A DNA stretch of 64,000 bases, taken from contig OZ059897.1 of assembly GCA_964057225.1 (NCBI GenBank), positions 2,542,001 to 2,606,000 of the forward strand, written 5' to 3'. Position numbers and translations under genes: made by a program. The first letter of the stretch is position 1, and each line of letters opens with the position of its first letter. This DNA is from Auanema rhodensis. Taxonomy: Eukaryota > Animalia > Nematoda. Of this stretch, positions 11,321-26,325 are shown piece by piece. The notes under the pieces were generated by a model. That model saw only the letters and a list, made by a program, of their open reading frames with translations, ran no database searches and had not been told where the DNA came from.

Positions 11321-14300
11321 TGATATAGGTTCACACTTATATCCTCGATTTTCACCCTGAAGAAATGATTTTTTCGTTGAATAACATTGTCCATCGTCTT
11401 CGTCTTAAAAAAAGAAATCTAAAAACTCCTACTTTTTGTGAAATTATTTAGAAATTTTTCGGGAAAATTTTTGTCAAAATGTTTTTGGAAGCAATGTTGA
11501 GTGTACATGGGAACTCAACATACACTAATGCATTATTTTTCAAACGATCATAACTAATTTTTGTATAGAGCGTTTCTCAATGTAGTATAGTGCATTCGAT
11601 GCGGATTTTTAAGCTGCGTTGATCTGTGTTATCAGATTTGAGTTAACTTAAAAATGCACCGAGATATCAACTGATATATGTTCACACTTATATCCTCGAT
11701 TTTCACCCTGAAGAAATGATTTTTTCGTTGAAAAACATTGTCCATCGTATTCGTCTTGAAAAAAGGAATCTAAAAACATCTACTTTTTGTGAAATTATTT
11801 AGAAATTTTTCGGGAAAACTTTTGTCAAAATGTTTTTGGAAGCAATGTTGAGCGTACATGGGAACTCAACATACACTAATGCATTATTTTTCAAACGATC
11901 ATAACTAATTTTTGTATAGAGCGTTTCTCAATGTAGTATAGTGCATTCGATGCGGATTTTTAAGCTGCGTTGATCTGTGTTATCAGATTTGAGTTAACTT
12001 AAAAATGCACCGAGATATCAACTGATATATGTTCACACTTATATCCTCGATTTTCACCCTGAAGAAATGATTTTTTCGTTGAAAAACATTGTCCATCGTA
12101 TTCGTCTTGAAAAAAGAAATCTAAAAACATCTACTTTTTGTGAAATTATTTAGAAATTTTTCGGGAAAATTTTTGTCAAAATGTTTTTGGAAGCAATGTT
12201 GAGTGTACATGGGAACTCAACATACACTAATGCATTATTTTTCAAACGATCATAACTAATTTTTGTATAGAGCGTTTCTCATTGTAGTATAGTGCATTCG
12301 ATGCGGATTTTCAAGCTGCGTTGATCTGTGTTATCAGATTTGAGTTAACTTAAAAATGCACCGAGATATCAACTGATATAGGTTCACACTTGTATCCTCG
12401 ATTTTCACCCTGAAGAAATGATTTTTTCGTTGAAAAACATTGTCCATCGTATTCGTCTTGAAAAAAGGAATCTAAAAACATCTACTTTTTGTGAAATTAT
12501 TCAGAAATTTTTCGGGAAAATTTTTGTCAAAATGTTTTTTGAAGCAATGTTGAGTGTACATAGGAACTCAACATACACTAATGCATTATTTTTCAAACGA
12601 TCATAAATAATTTTTGTATAGAGCGTTTCTCAATGTAGTATAGTGCATTCGATGCAAATTTTTAAGCTGCGTTGATCTGTGTTATCAGATTTGAGTTAAC
12701 TTAAAAATGCACCGAGATATCAACTGATATAGGTTCACACTTATATCCTCGATTTTCACCCTGAAGAAATGATTTTTTCGTTGAATAACATTGTCCATCG
12801 TCTTCGTCTTGAAAAAAGGAATCTAAAAACATCTACTTTTTGTGAAATTATTTAGAAATTTTTCGGGAAAATTTTTGTCAAAATGTTTTTGGAAGCAATG
12901 TTGAGTGTACATGGGAACTCAACATACACTAATGCATTATTTTTCAAACGATCATAACTAATTTTTGTATAGAGCGTTTCTCAATGTAGTATAGTGCATT
13001 CGATGCGGATTTTTAAGCTGCGTTGATCTGTGTTATCAGATTTGAGTTAACTTAAAAATGCACCGAGACATCAACTGATATATGTTCACACTTATATCCT
13101 CGATTTTCACCCTGAAGAAATGATTTTTTCGTTGAAAAACATTGTCCATCGTATTCGTCTTGAAAAAAGAAATCTAAAAACATCTACTTTTTGTGAAATT
13201 ATTTAGAAATTTTTCGGGAAAATTTTTGTCAAAATGTTTTTGGAAGCAATGTTGAGTGTACATAGGAACTCAACATACACTAATGCATTATTTTTCAAAC
13301 GATCATAAATAATTTTTGTATAGAGCGTTTCTCAATGTAGTATAGTGCATTCGATGCGGATTTTTAAGCTGCGTTGATCTGTGTTATCAGATTTGAGTTA
13401 ACTTAAAAATGCACCGAGATATCAACTGATATAGGTTCACACTTATATCCTCGATTTTCACCCTGAAGAAATGATTTTTTCGTTGAATAACATTGTCCAT
13501 CGTCTTCGTCTTGAAAAAAGGAATCTAAAAACATCTACTTTTTGTAAAATTATTTAGAAATTTTTCGGGAAAATTTTTGTCAAAATGTTTTTGGAAGCAA
13601 TGTTGAGTGTACATGGGAACTCAACATACACTAATGCATTATTTTTCAAACGATCATAACTAATTTTTGTATAGAGCGTTTCTCAATGTAGTATAGTGCA
13701 TTCGATGCGGATTTTTAAGCTGCGTTGATCTGTGTTATCAGATTTGAGTTAGCTTAAAAATGCACCGAGATATCAACTGATATAGGTTCACACTTATATC
13801 CTCGATTTTCACCCTGAAGAAATGATTTTTTCGTTGAATAACATTGTCCATCGTCTTCGTCTTAAAAAAAGGAATCTAAAAACATCTACTTTTTGTGAAA
13901 TTATTTAGAAATTTTTCGGGAAAATTTTTGTCAAAATGTTTTTGGAAGCAAAGTTGAGTGTACATGGGAACTCAACATACACTAATGCATTATTTTTCAA
14001 ACGATCATAACTAATTTTTGTATAGAGCGTTTCTCATTGTAGTATAGTGCATTCGATGCGGATTTTCAAGCTGCGTTGATCTGTGTTATCAGATTTGAGT
14101 TAACTTAAAAATGCACCGAGATATCAACTGATATAGGTTCACACTTGTATCCTCGATTTTCACCCTGAAGAAATGATTTTTTCGTTGAAAAACATTGTCC
14201 ATCGTATTCGTCTTGAAAAAAGGAATCTAAAAACATCTACTTTTTGTGAAATTATTTAGAAATTTTTCGGGAAAATTTTTGTCAAAATGTTTTTGGAAGC

Positions 14301-15795
14301 AATGTTGAGTGTACATAGGAACTCAACATACACTAATGCATTATTTTTCAAACGATCATAACTAATTTTTGTATAGAGCGTTTCTCAATGTAGTATAGTG
14401 CATTCGATGCGGATTTTTAAGCTGCGTTGATCTGTGTTATCAGATTTGAGTTAACTTAAAAATGCACCGAGATATCAACTGATATAGGTTCACACTTATA
14501 TCCTCGATTTTCACCCTGAAGAAATGATTTTTTCGTTGAATAACATTGTCCATCGTCTTCGTCTTGAAAAAAGGAATCTAAAAACATCTACTTTTTGTGA
14601 AATTATTTAGAAATTTTTCGGGAAAATTTTTGTCAAAATGTTTTTGGAAGCAATGTTGAGTGTACATGGGAACTCAATATACACTAATGCATTATTTTTC
14701 AAACGATCATAACTAATTTTTGTATAGAGCGTTTCTCAATGTAGTATAGTGCATTCGATGCGGATTTTTAAGCTGCGTTGATCTGTGTTATCAGATTTGA
14801 GTTAATTTAAAAATGCACCGAGATATCAACTGATATATGTTCACACTTATATCCTCGATTTTCACCCTGAACAAATGATTTTTTCGTTGAAAAACATTGT
14901 CCATCGTATTCGTCTTGAAAAAAGAAATCTAAAAACATCTACTTTTTGTGAAATTATTTAGAAATTTTTCGGGAAAATTTTTGTCAAAATGTTTTTGGAA
15001 GCAATGTTGAGTGTACATGGGAACTCAACATACACTAATGCATTATTTTTCAAACGATCATAACTAATTTTTGTATAGAGCGTTTCTCAATGTAGTATAG
15101 TGCATTCGATGCGGATTTTTAAGCTGCGTTGATCTGTGTTATCAGATTTGAGTTAACTTAAAAATGCACCGAGATATCAACTGATATATGTTCACACTTA
15201 TATCCTCGATTTTCACCCTGAAGAAATGATTTTTTCGTTGAAAAACATTGTCCATCGTATTCGTCTTGAAAAAAGAAATCTAAAAACATCTACTTTTTGT
15301 GAAATTATTTAGAAATTTTTCGGGAAAATTTTTGTCAAAATGTTTTTGGAAGCAATGTTGAGTGTACATGGGAACTCAACATACACTAATGCATTATTTT
15401 TCAAACGATCATAACTAATTTTTGTATAGAGCGTTTCTCAATGTAGTATAATGCATTCGATGCGGATTTTTAAGCTGCGTTGATCTGTGTTATCAGATTT
15501 GAGTTAGCTTAAAAATGCACCGAGATATCAACTGATATAGGTTCACACATATATCCTCGATTTTCACCCTGAAGAAATGATTTTTTCGTTGAATAACATT
15601 GTCCATCGTCTTCGTCTTAAAAAAAGAAATCTAAAAACTCCTACTTTTTGTGAAATTATTTAGAAATTTTTCGGGAAAATTTTTGTCACAATGTTTTTGG
15701 AAGCAATGTTGAGTGTACATGGGAACTCAACATACACTAATGCATTATTTTTCAAACTATCATAACTAATTTTTGTATAGAGCGTTTCTTAATGT

Positions 15796-18700
15796 AGTAT
15801 AGTGCATTCGATGCGGATTTTTAAGCTGCGTTGATCTGTGTTATCAGATTTGAGTTAGCTTAAAAATGCACCGAGATATCAACTGATATATGTTCACACT
15901 TATATCCTCGATTTTCACCCTGAAGAAATGATTTTTTCGTTGAATAACATTGTCCATCGTCTTCGTCTTGAAAAAAGGAATCTAAAAACATCTACTTTTT
16001 GTGAAATTATTTAGAAATTTTTCGGGAAAATTTTTGTCAAAATGTTTTTGGAAGCAATGTTGAGTGTACATGGGAACTCAACATACACTAATGCATTATT
16101 TTTCAAACGATCATAACTAATTTTTGTATAGAGCGTTTCTCAATGTAGTATAGTGCATTCGATGCGGATTTTTAAGCTGCGTTGATCTGTGTTATCAGAT
16201 TTGAGGTAACTTAAAAATGCACCGAGATATCAACTGATATATGTTCACACTTATATCCTCGATTTTCACCCTGAAGAAATGATTTTTTCGTTGAAAAACA
16301 TTGTCCATCGTATTCGTCTTGAAAAAAGAAATCTAAAAACAGCTACTTTTTGTGAAATTATTCAGAAATTTTTCGGGAAAATTTTTGTCAAAATGTTTTT
16401 GGAAGCAATGTTGAGTGTACATGGGAACTCAACATACACTAATGCATTATTTTTCAAACGATCATAACTAATTTTTGTATAGAGCGTTTCTCATTGTAGT
16501 ATAGTGCATTCGATGCGGATTTTCAAGCTGCGTTGATCTGTGTTATCAGATTTGAGTTAACTTAAAAATGCACCGAGATATCAACTGATATAGGTTCACA
16601 CTTGTATCCTCGATTTTCACCCTGAAGAAATGATTTTTTCGTTGAAAAACATTGTCCATCGTATTCGTCTTGAAAAAAGGAATCTAAAAACATCTACTTT
16701 TTGTGAAATTATTTAGAAATTTTTCGGGAAAATTTTTGTCAAAATGTTTTTGGAAGCAATGTTGAGTGTACATGGGAACTCAACATACACTAATGCATTA
16801 TTTTTCAAACGATCATAACTAATTTTTGTATAGAGCGTTTCTCAATGTAGTATAGTGCATTCGATTCGGATTTTTAAGCTGCGTTGATCTGTGTTATCAG
16901 ATTTGAGTTAGCTTAAAAATGCACCGAGATATCAAGTGATATATGTTCACACTTATATCCTCGATTTTCACCCTGAAGAAATGATTTTTTCGTTGAATAA
17001 CATTGTCCATCGTCTTCGTCTTGAAAAAAGGAATCTAAAAACATCTACTTTTTGTGAAATTATTTAGAAATTTTTCGGGAAAATTTTTGTCAAAATGTTT
17101 TTGGAAGCAATGTTGAGTGTACATGGGAACTCAACATACACTAATGCATTATTTTTCAAACGATCATAACTAATTTTTGTATAGAGCGTTTCTCAATGTA
17201 GTATAGTGCATTCGATGCGGATTTTTAAGCTGCGTTGATCTGTGTTATCAGATTTGAGGTAACTTAAAAATGCACCGAGATATCAACTGATATATGTTCA
17301 CACTTATATCCTCGATTTTCACCCTGAAGAAATGATTTTTTCGTTGAAAAACATTGTCCATCGTATTCGTCTTGAAAAAAGAAATCTAAAAACAGCTACT
17401 TTTTGTGAAATTATTCAGAAATTTTTCGGGAAAATTTTTGTCAAAATGTTTTTGGAAGCAATGTTGAGTGTACATGGGAACTCAACATACACTAATGCAT
17501 TATTTTTCAAACGATCATAACTAATTTTTGTATAGAGCGTTTCTCATTGTAGTATAGTGCATTCGATGCGGATTTTCAAGCTGCGTTGATCTGTGTTATC
17601 AGATTTGAGTTAACTTAAAAATGCACCGAGATATCAACTGATATAGGTTCACACTTGTATCCTCGATTTTCACCCTGAAGAAATGATTTTTTCGTTGAAA
17701 AACATTGTCCATCGTATTCGTCTTGAAAAAAGGAATCTAAAAACATCTACTTTTTGTGAAATTATTTAGAAATTTTTCGGGAAAATTTTTGTCAAAATGT
17801 TTTTGGAAGCAATGTTGAGTGTACATGGGAACTCAACATACACTAATGCATTATTTTTCAAACGATCATAACTAATTTTTGTATAGAGCGTTTCTCAATG
17901 TAGTATAGTGCATTCGATTCGGATTTTTAAGCTGCGTTGATCTGTGTTATCAGATTTGAGTTAGCTTAAAAATGCACCGAGATATCAACTGATATATGTT
18001 CACACTTATATCCTCGATTTTCACCCTGAAGAAATGATTTTTTCGTTGAATAACATTGTCCATCGTCTTCGTCTTGAAAAAAGGAATCTAAAAACATCTA
18101 CTTTTTGTGAAATTATTTAGAAATTTTTCGGGAAAATTTTTGTCAAAATGTTTTTGGAAGCAATGTTGAGTGTACATGGGAACTCAACATACACTAATGC
18201 ATTATTTTTCAAACGATCATAACTAATTTTTGTATAGAGCGTTTCTCAATGTAGTATAGTGCATTCGATGCGGATTTTTAAGCTGCGTTGATCTGTGTTA
18301 TCAGATTTGAGGTAACTTAAAAATGCACCGAGATATCAACTGATATATGTTCACACTTATATCCTCGATTTTCACCCTGAAGAAATGATTTTTTCGTTGA
18401 AAAACATTGTCCATCGTATTCGTCTTGAAAAAAGAAATCTAAAAACAGCTACTTTTTGTGAAATTATTCAGAAATTTTTCGGGAAAATTTTTGTCAAAAT
18501 GTTTTTGGAAGCAATGTTGAGTGTACATGGGAACTCAACATACACTAATGCATTATTTTTCAAACGATCATAACTAATTTTTGTATAGAGCGTTTCTCAT
18601 TGTAGTATAGTGCATTCGATGCGGATTTTCAAGCTGCGTTGATCTGTGTTATCAGATTTGAGTTAACTTAAAAATGCACCGAGATATCAACTGATATAAG

Positions 18701-18954
18701 TTCACACTTGTATCCTCGATTTTCACCCTGAAGAAATGATTTTTTCGTTGAAAAACATTGTCCATCGTATTCGTCTTGAAAAAAGGAATCTAAAAACATC
18801 TACTTTTTGTGAAATTATTTAGAAATTTTTCGGGAAAATTTTTGTCAAAATGTTTTTGGAAGCAATGTTGAGTGTACATGGGAACTCAACATACACTAAT
18901 GCATTATTTTTCAAACGATCATAACTAATTTTTGTATAGAGCGTTTCTCATTGT
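15796..18954 (+). repeat. Higher-order repeat: 3-monomer unit (1053 bp) x3
   Basis: GAGGTAAC + ACAGCT + ATTCAG monomers are spaced 1053 bp apart (ORFs at 16279, 17332, 18385). TCGATTCGG occurs at ~16866 and ~17919. Confidence 0.92.
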
Positions 18955-21900
18955 AGTAAAGTGCATTCGATGCGGATTTTCAAGCTGCGTTGATCTGTGT
19001 TATCAGATTTGAGTTAACTTAAAAATGCACCGAGATATCAACTGATATAGGTTCACACTTGTATCCTCGATTTTCACCCTGAAGAAATGATTTTTTCGTT
19101 GAAAAACATTGTCCATCGTATTCGTCTTGAGAAAAGAAATCTGAAAACATCTACTTTTTGTGAAATTATTTAGAAATTTTTCGGGAAAATTTTTGTCAAA
19201 ATGTTTTTGGAAGCAATGTTGAGTGTACATGGGAACTCAACATACACTAATGCATTATTTTTCAAACGATCATAACTAATTTTTGTATAGAGCGTTTCTC
19301 AATGTAGTATAGTGCATTCGATGCGGATTTTTAAGCTGCGTTGATCTGTGTTATCAGATTTGAGTTAGCTTAAAAATGCACCGAGATATCAACTGATATA
19401 GGTTCACACTTATATCCTCGATTTTCACCCTGAAGAAATGATTTTTTCGTTGAATAACATTGTCCATCGTCTTCGTCTTAAAAAAAGAAATCTAAAAACT
19501 CCTACTTTTTGTGAAATTTTTTAGAAATTTTTCGGGAAAATTTTTGTCACAATGTTTTTGGAAGCAATGTTGAGTGTACATGGGAACTCAACATACACTA
19601 ATGCATTATTTTTCAAACGATCATAACTAATTTTTGTATAGAGCGTTTCTCATTGTAGTATAGTGCATTCGATGCGGATTTTCAAGCTGCGTTGATCTGT
19701 GTTATCAGATTTGAGTTAACTTAAAAATGCACCGAGATATCAACTGATATAGGTTCACACTTGTATCCTCGATTTTCACCCTGAAGAAATGATTTTTTCG
19801 TTGAAAAACATTGTCCATCGTATTCGTCTTGAAAAAAGGAATCTAAAAACATCTACTTTTTGTGAAATTATTTAGAAATTTTTCGGGAAAATTTTTGTCA
19901 AAATGTTTTTGGAAGCAATGTTGAGTGTACATGGGAACTCAACATACACTAATGCATTATTTTTCAAACGATCATAACTAATTTTTGTATAGAGCGTTTC
20001 TCAATGTAGTATAGTGCATTCGATGCGGATTTTTAAGCTGCGTTGATCTGTGTTATCAGATTTGAGTTAACTTAAAAATGCACCGAGATATCAACTGATA
20101 TAGGTTCACACTTATATCCTCGATTTTCACCCTGAAGAAATGATTTTTTCGTTGAATAACATTGTCCATCGTCTTCGTCTTAAAAAAAGAAATCTAAAAA
20201 CTCCTACTTTTTGTGAAATTATTTAGAAATTTTTCGGGAAAATTTTTGTCACAATGTTTTTGGAAGCAATGTTGAGTGTACATGGGAACTCAACATGCAC
20301 TAATGCATTATTTTTCAAACGATCATAACTAATTTTTGTATAGAGCGTTTCTCAATGTAGTATAGTGCATTCGATGCGGATTTTTAAGCTGCGTTGATCT
20401 GTGTTATCAGATTTGAGTTAACTTAAAAATGCACCGAGATATCAACTGATATATGTTCACACTTATATCCTCGATTTTCACCCTGAAGAAATGATTTTTT
20501 CGTTGAAAAACATTGTCCATCGTATTCGTCTTGAAAAAAGAAATCTAAAAACATCTACTTTTTGTGAAATTATTTAGAAATTTTTCGGGAAAATTTTTGT
20601 CAAAATGTTTTTGGAAGCAATGTTGAGTGTACATGGGAACTCAACATACACTAATGCATTATTTTTCAAACGATCATAACTAATTTTTGTATAGAGCGTT
20701 TCTCAATGTAGTATAGTGCATTCGATGCGGATTTTTAAGCTGCGTTGATCTGTGTTATCAGATTTGAGTTAACTTAAAAATGCACCGAGATATCAACTGA
20801 TATATGTTCACACTTATATCCTCGATTTTCACCCTGAAGAAATGATTTTTTCGTTGAAAAACATTGTCCATCGTATTTGTCTTGAAAAAAGAAATCTAAA
20901 AACATCTACTTTTTGTGAAATTATTCAGAAATTTTTCGGGAAAATTTTTGTCAAAATGTTTTTGGAAGCAATGTTGAGTGTACATGGGAACTCAACATAC
21001 ACTAATGCATTATTTTTCAAACGATCATAACTAATTTTTGTATAGAGCGTTTCTCATTGTAGTATAGTGCATTCGATGCGGATTTTCAAGCTGCGTTGAT
21101 CTGTGTTATCAGATTTGAGTTAACTTAAAAATGCACCGAGATATCAACTGATATAGGTTCACACTTGTATCCTCGATTTTCACCCTGAAGAAATGATTTT
21201 TTCGTTGAAAAACATTGTCCATCGTATTCGTCTTGAAAAAAGGAATCTAAAAACATCTACTTTTTGTGAAATTATTTAGAAATTTTTCGGGAAAATTTCT
21301 GTCAAAATGTTTTTGGAAGCAATGTTGAGTGTACATGGGAACTCAACATACACTAATGCATTATTTTTCAAACGATCATAACTAATTTTTGTATAGAGCG
21401 TTTCTCATTGTAGTATAGTGCATTCGATGCGGATTTTCAAGCTGCGTTGATCTGTGTTATCAGATTTGAGTTAGCTTAAAAATGCACCGAGATATCAACT
21501 GATATATGTTCACACTTATATCCTCGATTTTCACCCTGAAGAAATGATTTTTTCGTTGAAAAACATTGTCCATCGTATTCGTCTTGAAAAAAGAAATCTA
21601 AAAACAGCTACTTTTTGTGAAATTATTCAGAAATTTTTCGGGAAAATTTTTGTCAAAATGTTTTTGGAAGCAATGTTGAGTGTACATGGGAACTCAACAT
21701 ACACTAATGCATTATTTTTCAAACGATCATAACTAATTTTTGTATAGAGCGTTTCTCATTGTAGTATAGTGCATTCGATGCGGATTTTCAAGCTGCGTTG
21801 ATCTGTGTTATCAGATTTGAGTTAACTTAAAAATGCACCGAGATATCAACTGATATAGGTTCACACTTGTATCCTCGATTTTCACCCTGAAGAAATGATT

Positions 21901-22815
21901 TTTTCGTTGAAAAACATTGTCCATCGTATTCGTCTTGAAAAAAGGAATCTAAAAACATCTACTTTTTGTGAAATTATCTAGAAATTTTTCGGGAAACTTT
22001 TTGTCAAAATGTTTTTGGAAGCAATGTTGAGTGTACATGGGAACTCAACATACACTAATGCATTATTTTTCAAACGATCATAACTAATTTTTGTATAGAG
22101 CGTTTCTCAATGTAGTATAGTGCATTCGATGCGGATTTTTAAGCTGCGTTGATCTGTGTTATCAGATTTGAGTTAACTTAAAAATGCACCGAGATATCAA
22201 CTGATATAGGTTCACACTTATATCCTCGATTTTCACCCTGAAGAAATGATTTTTTCGTTGAATAACATTGTCCATCGTCTTCGTCTTGAAAAAAGAAATC
22301 TAAAAACATCTACTTTTTGTGAAATTAGTTAGAAATTTTTCGGGAAAATTTTTGTCAAAATGTTTTTGGAAGCAATGTTGAGTGTACATGGGAACTCAAC
22401 ATACACTAATGCATTATTTTTCAAACGATCATAACTAATTTTTGTATAGAGCGTTTCTCAATGTAGTATAGTGCATTCGATGCGGATTTTTAAGCTGCGT
22501 CGATCTGTGTTATCAGATTTGAGTTAACTTAAAAATGCACCGAGATATCAACTGATATAGGTTCACACTTATATCCTCGATTTTCACCCTGAAGAAATGA
22601 TTTTTTCGTTGAATAACATTGTCCATCGTCTTCGTCTTGAAAAAAGGAATCTAAAAACATCTACTTTTTGTGAAATTATTTAGAAATTTTTCGGGAAAAT
22701 TTTTGTCAAAATGTTTTTGGAAGCAATGTTGAGTGTACATGGGAACTCAACATACACTAATGCATTATTTTTCAAACGATCATAACTAATTTTTGTATAA
22801 GGCGTTTCTCAATGT

Positions 22816-25623
22816 AGTATAGTGCATTCGATGCGGATTTTTAAGCTGCGTTGATCTGTGTTATCAGATTTGAGTTAACTTAAAAATGCACCGAGATATC
22901 AACTGATATATGTTCACACTTATATCCTCGATTTTCACCCTGAAGAAATGATTTTTTCGTTGAAAAACATTGTCCATCGTATTCGTCTTGAAAAAAGAAA
23001 TCTAAAAACATCTACTTTTTGTGAAATTATTTAGAAATTTTTCGGGAAAATTTTTGTCAAAATGTTTTTGGAAGCAATGTTGAGTGTACATGGGAACTCA
23101 ACATACACTAATGCATCATTTTTCAAACGATCATAACTAATTTTTGTATAGAGCGTTTCTCAATGTAGTATAGTGCATTCGATGCGGATTTTTAAGCTGC
23201 GTTGATCTGTGTTATCAGATTTGAGTTAACTTAAAAATGCACCGAGATATCAACTGATATAGGTTCACACTTATATCCTCGATTTTCACCCTGAAGAAAT
23301 GATTTTTTCGTTGAATAACATTGTCCATCGTCTTCGTCTTGAAAAAAGGAATCTAAAAACATCTACTTTTTGTGAAATTATTTAGAAATTTTTCGGGAAA
23401 ATTTTTGTCAAAATGTTTTTGGAAGCAATGTTGAGTGTACATGGGAACTCAACATACACTAATGCATTATTTTTCAAACGATCATAACTAATTTTTGTAT
23501 AGAGCGTTTCTCAATGTAGTATAGTGCATTCGATGCGGATTTTTAAGCTGCGTTGATCTGTGTTATCAGATTTGAGTTAACTTAAAAATGCACCGAGATA
23601 TCAACTGATATATGTTCACACTTATATCCTCGATTTTCACCCTGAAGAAATGATTTTTTAGTTGAAAAACATTGTCCATCGTATTCCTCTTGAAAAAAGG
23701 AATCTAAAAACATCTACTTTTTGTGAAATTATTTAGAAATTTTTCGGGAAAATTTTTGTCAAAATGTTTTTGGAAGCAATGTTGAGTGTACATGGGAACT
23801 CAACATACACTAATGCATTATTTTTCAAACGATCATAACTAATTTTTGTATGGAGCGTTTCTCAATGTAGTATAGTGCATTCGATGCGGATTTTTAAGCT
23901 GCGTTGATCTGTGTTATCAGATTTGCGCTAGCTTAAAAATGCACCGAGTAATCAACTGATATAGGTTCACACTTATATCCTCGATTTTCACCCTGAAGAA
24001 TTAATTTTTTCGTTGAATAACATTGTCCATCGTCTTTGCCTTGAAAAAAGGAATCTAAAAACATCTACTTTTTGTGAAATTATTCAGAAATTTTTCGGGA
24101 AAATTTTTGTCAAAATGTTTTTGGAAGCAATGTTGAGTGTACATGGGAACTCAACATACACTAATGCATTATTTTTCAAACGATCATGACTAATTTTTGT
24201 ATAGAGCGTTTCTCAATGTAGTATAGTGCATTCGATGCGGATTTTTAAGCTGCGTTGATCTGTGTTATCAGATTTGAGTTAACTTAAAAATGCACCGAGA
24301 TATCAACTGATATATGTTCACACTTATATCCTCGATTTTCACCCTGAAGAAATGATTTTTTCGTTGAAAAACATTGTCCATCGTATTCGTCTTGAAAAAA
24401 GAAATCTAAAAACATCTACTTTTTGTGAAATTATTTAGAAATTTTTCGGGAAAATTTTTGTCAAAATGTTTTTGGAAGCAATGTTGAGTGTACATGGGAA
24501 CTCAACATACACTAATGCATCATTTTTCAAACGATCATAACTAATTTTTGTATAGAGCGTTTCTCAATGTAGTATAGTGCATTCGATGCGGATTTTTAAG
24601 CTGCGTTGATCTGTGTTATCAGATTTGAGTTAACTTAAAAATGCACCGAGATATCAACTGATATAGGTTCACACTTATATCCTCGATTTTCACCCTGAAG
24701 AAATGATTTTTTCGTTGAATAACATTGTCCATCGTCTTCGTCTTGAAAAAAGGAATCTAAAAACATCTACTTTTTGTGAAATTATTTAGAAATTTTTCGG
24801 GAAAATTTTTGTCAAAATGTTTTTGGAAGCAATGTTGAGTGTACATGGGAACTCAACATACACTAATGCATTATTTTTCAAACGATCATAACTAATTTTT
24901 GTATAGAGCGTTTCTCAATGTAGTATAGTGCATTCGATGCGGATTTTTAAGCTGCGTTGATCTGTGTTATCAGATTTGAGTTAACTTAAAAATGCACCGA
25001 GATATCAACTGATATATGTTCACACTTATATCCTCGATTTTCACCCTGAAGAAATGATTTTTTCGTTGAAAAACATTGTCCATCGTATTCCTCTTGAAAA
25101 AAGGAATCTAAAAACATCTACTTTTTGTGAAATTATTTAGAAATTTTTCGGGAAAATTTTTGTCAAAATGTTTTTGGAAGCAATGTTGAGTGTACATGGG
25201 AACTCAACATACACTAATGCATTATTTTTCAAACGATCATAACTAATTTTTGTATGGAGCGTTTCTCAATGTAGTATAGTGCATTCGATGCGGATTTTTA
25301 AGCTGCGTTGATCTGTGTTATCAGATTTGCGCTAGCTTAAAAATGCACCGAGTAATCAACTGATATAGGTTCACACTTATATCCTCGATTTTCACCCTGA
25401 AGAATTAATTTTTTCGTTGAATAACATTGTCCATCGTCTTTGCCTTGAAAAAAGGAATCTAAAAACATCTACTTTTTGTGAAATTATTCAGAAATTTTTC
25501 GGGAAAATTTTTGTCAAAATGTTTTTGGAAGCAATGTTGAGTGTACATGGGAACTCAACATACACTAATGCATTATTTTTCAAACGATCATAACTAATTT
25601 TTGTATAGAGCGTTTCTCAATGT
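22816..25623 (+). repeat. Higher-order repeat: 4-monomer unit (1404 bp) x2
   Basis: GCATCATT (C at 23117 and 24521), ATTCCTCT and TTGCGCTAGC (23926/25330) all recur at +1404. Confidence 0.92.
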
Positions 25624-26325
25624 AGTATAGTGCATTCGATGCGGATTTTTAAGCTGCGTTGATCTGTGTTATCAGATTTGATATAACTTAAAAATGCACC
25701 GAGATATCAACTGATATATGTTCACACTTATATCCTCGATTTTCACCCTGAAGAAATGATTTTTTCGTTGAAAAACATTGTCCATCGTATTCGTCTTGAA
25801 AAAAGAAATCTAAAAACATCTACTTTTTGTGAAATTATTTAGAAATTTTTCGGGAAAATTTTTGTCAAAATGTTTTTGGAAGCAATGTTGAGTGTACATG
25901 GGAACTCAACATACACTAAAGCATTATTTTTCAAACGATCATAACTAATTTTTGTATAGAGCGTTTCTCATTGTAGTATAGTGCATTCGATGCGGATTTT
26001 CAAGCTGCGTTGATCTGTGTTATCAGATTTGAGTTAACTTAAAAATGCACCGAGATATCAACTGATATAGGTTCACACTTGTATCCTCGATTTTCACCCT
26101 GAAGAAATGATTTTTTCGTTGAAAAACATTGTCCATCGTATTCCTCTTGAAAAAAGGAATCTAAAAACATCTACTTTTTGTGAAATTATTTAGAAATTTT
26201 TCGGGAAAATTTTTGTCAAAATGTTTTTGGAAGCAATGTTGAGTGTACATGGGAACTCAACATACACTAATGCATTATTTTTCAAACGATCATAACTAAT
26301 TTTTGTATAGAGCGTTTCTCAATGT

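Noticed and set aside
19003-19230. 75-aa minus-strand ORF (also 62461-62688)
   Set aside because: Open only in two monomers where a sporadic CTAAAA>CTGAAA change removes a stop; this is a chance reading frame.
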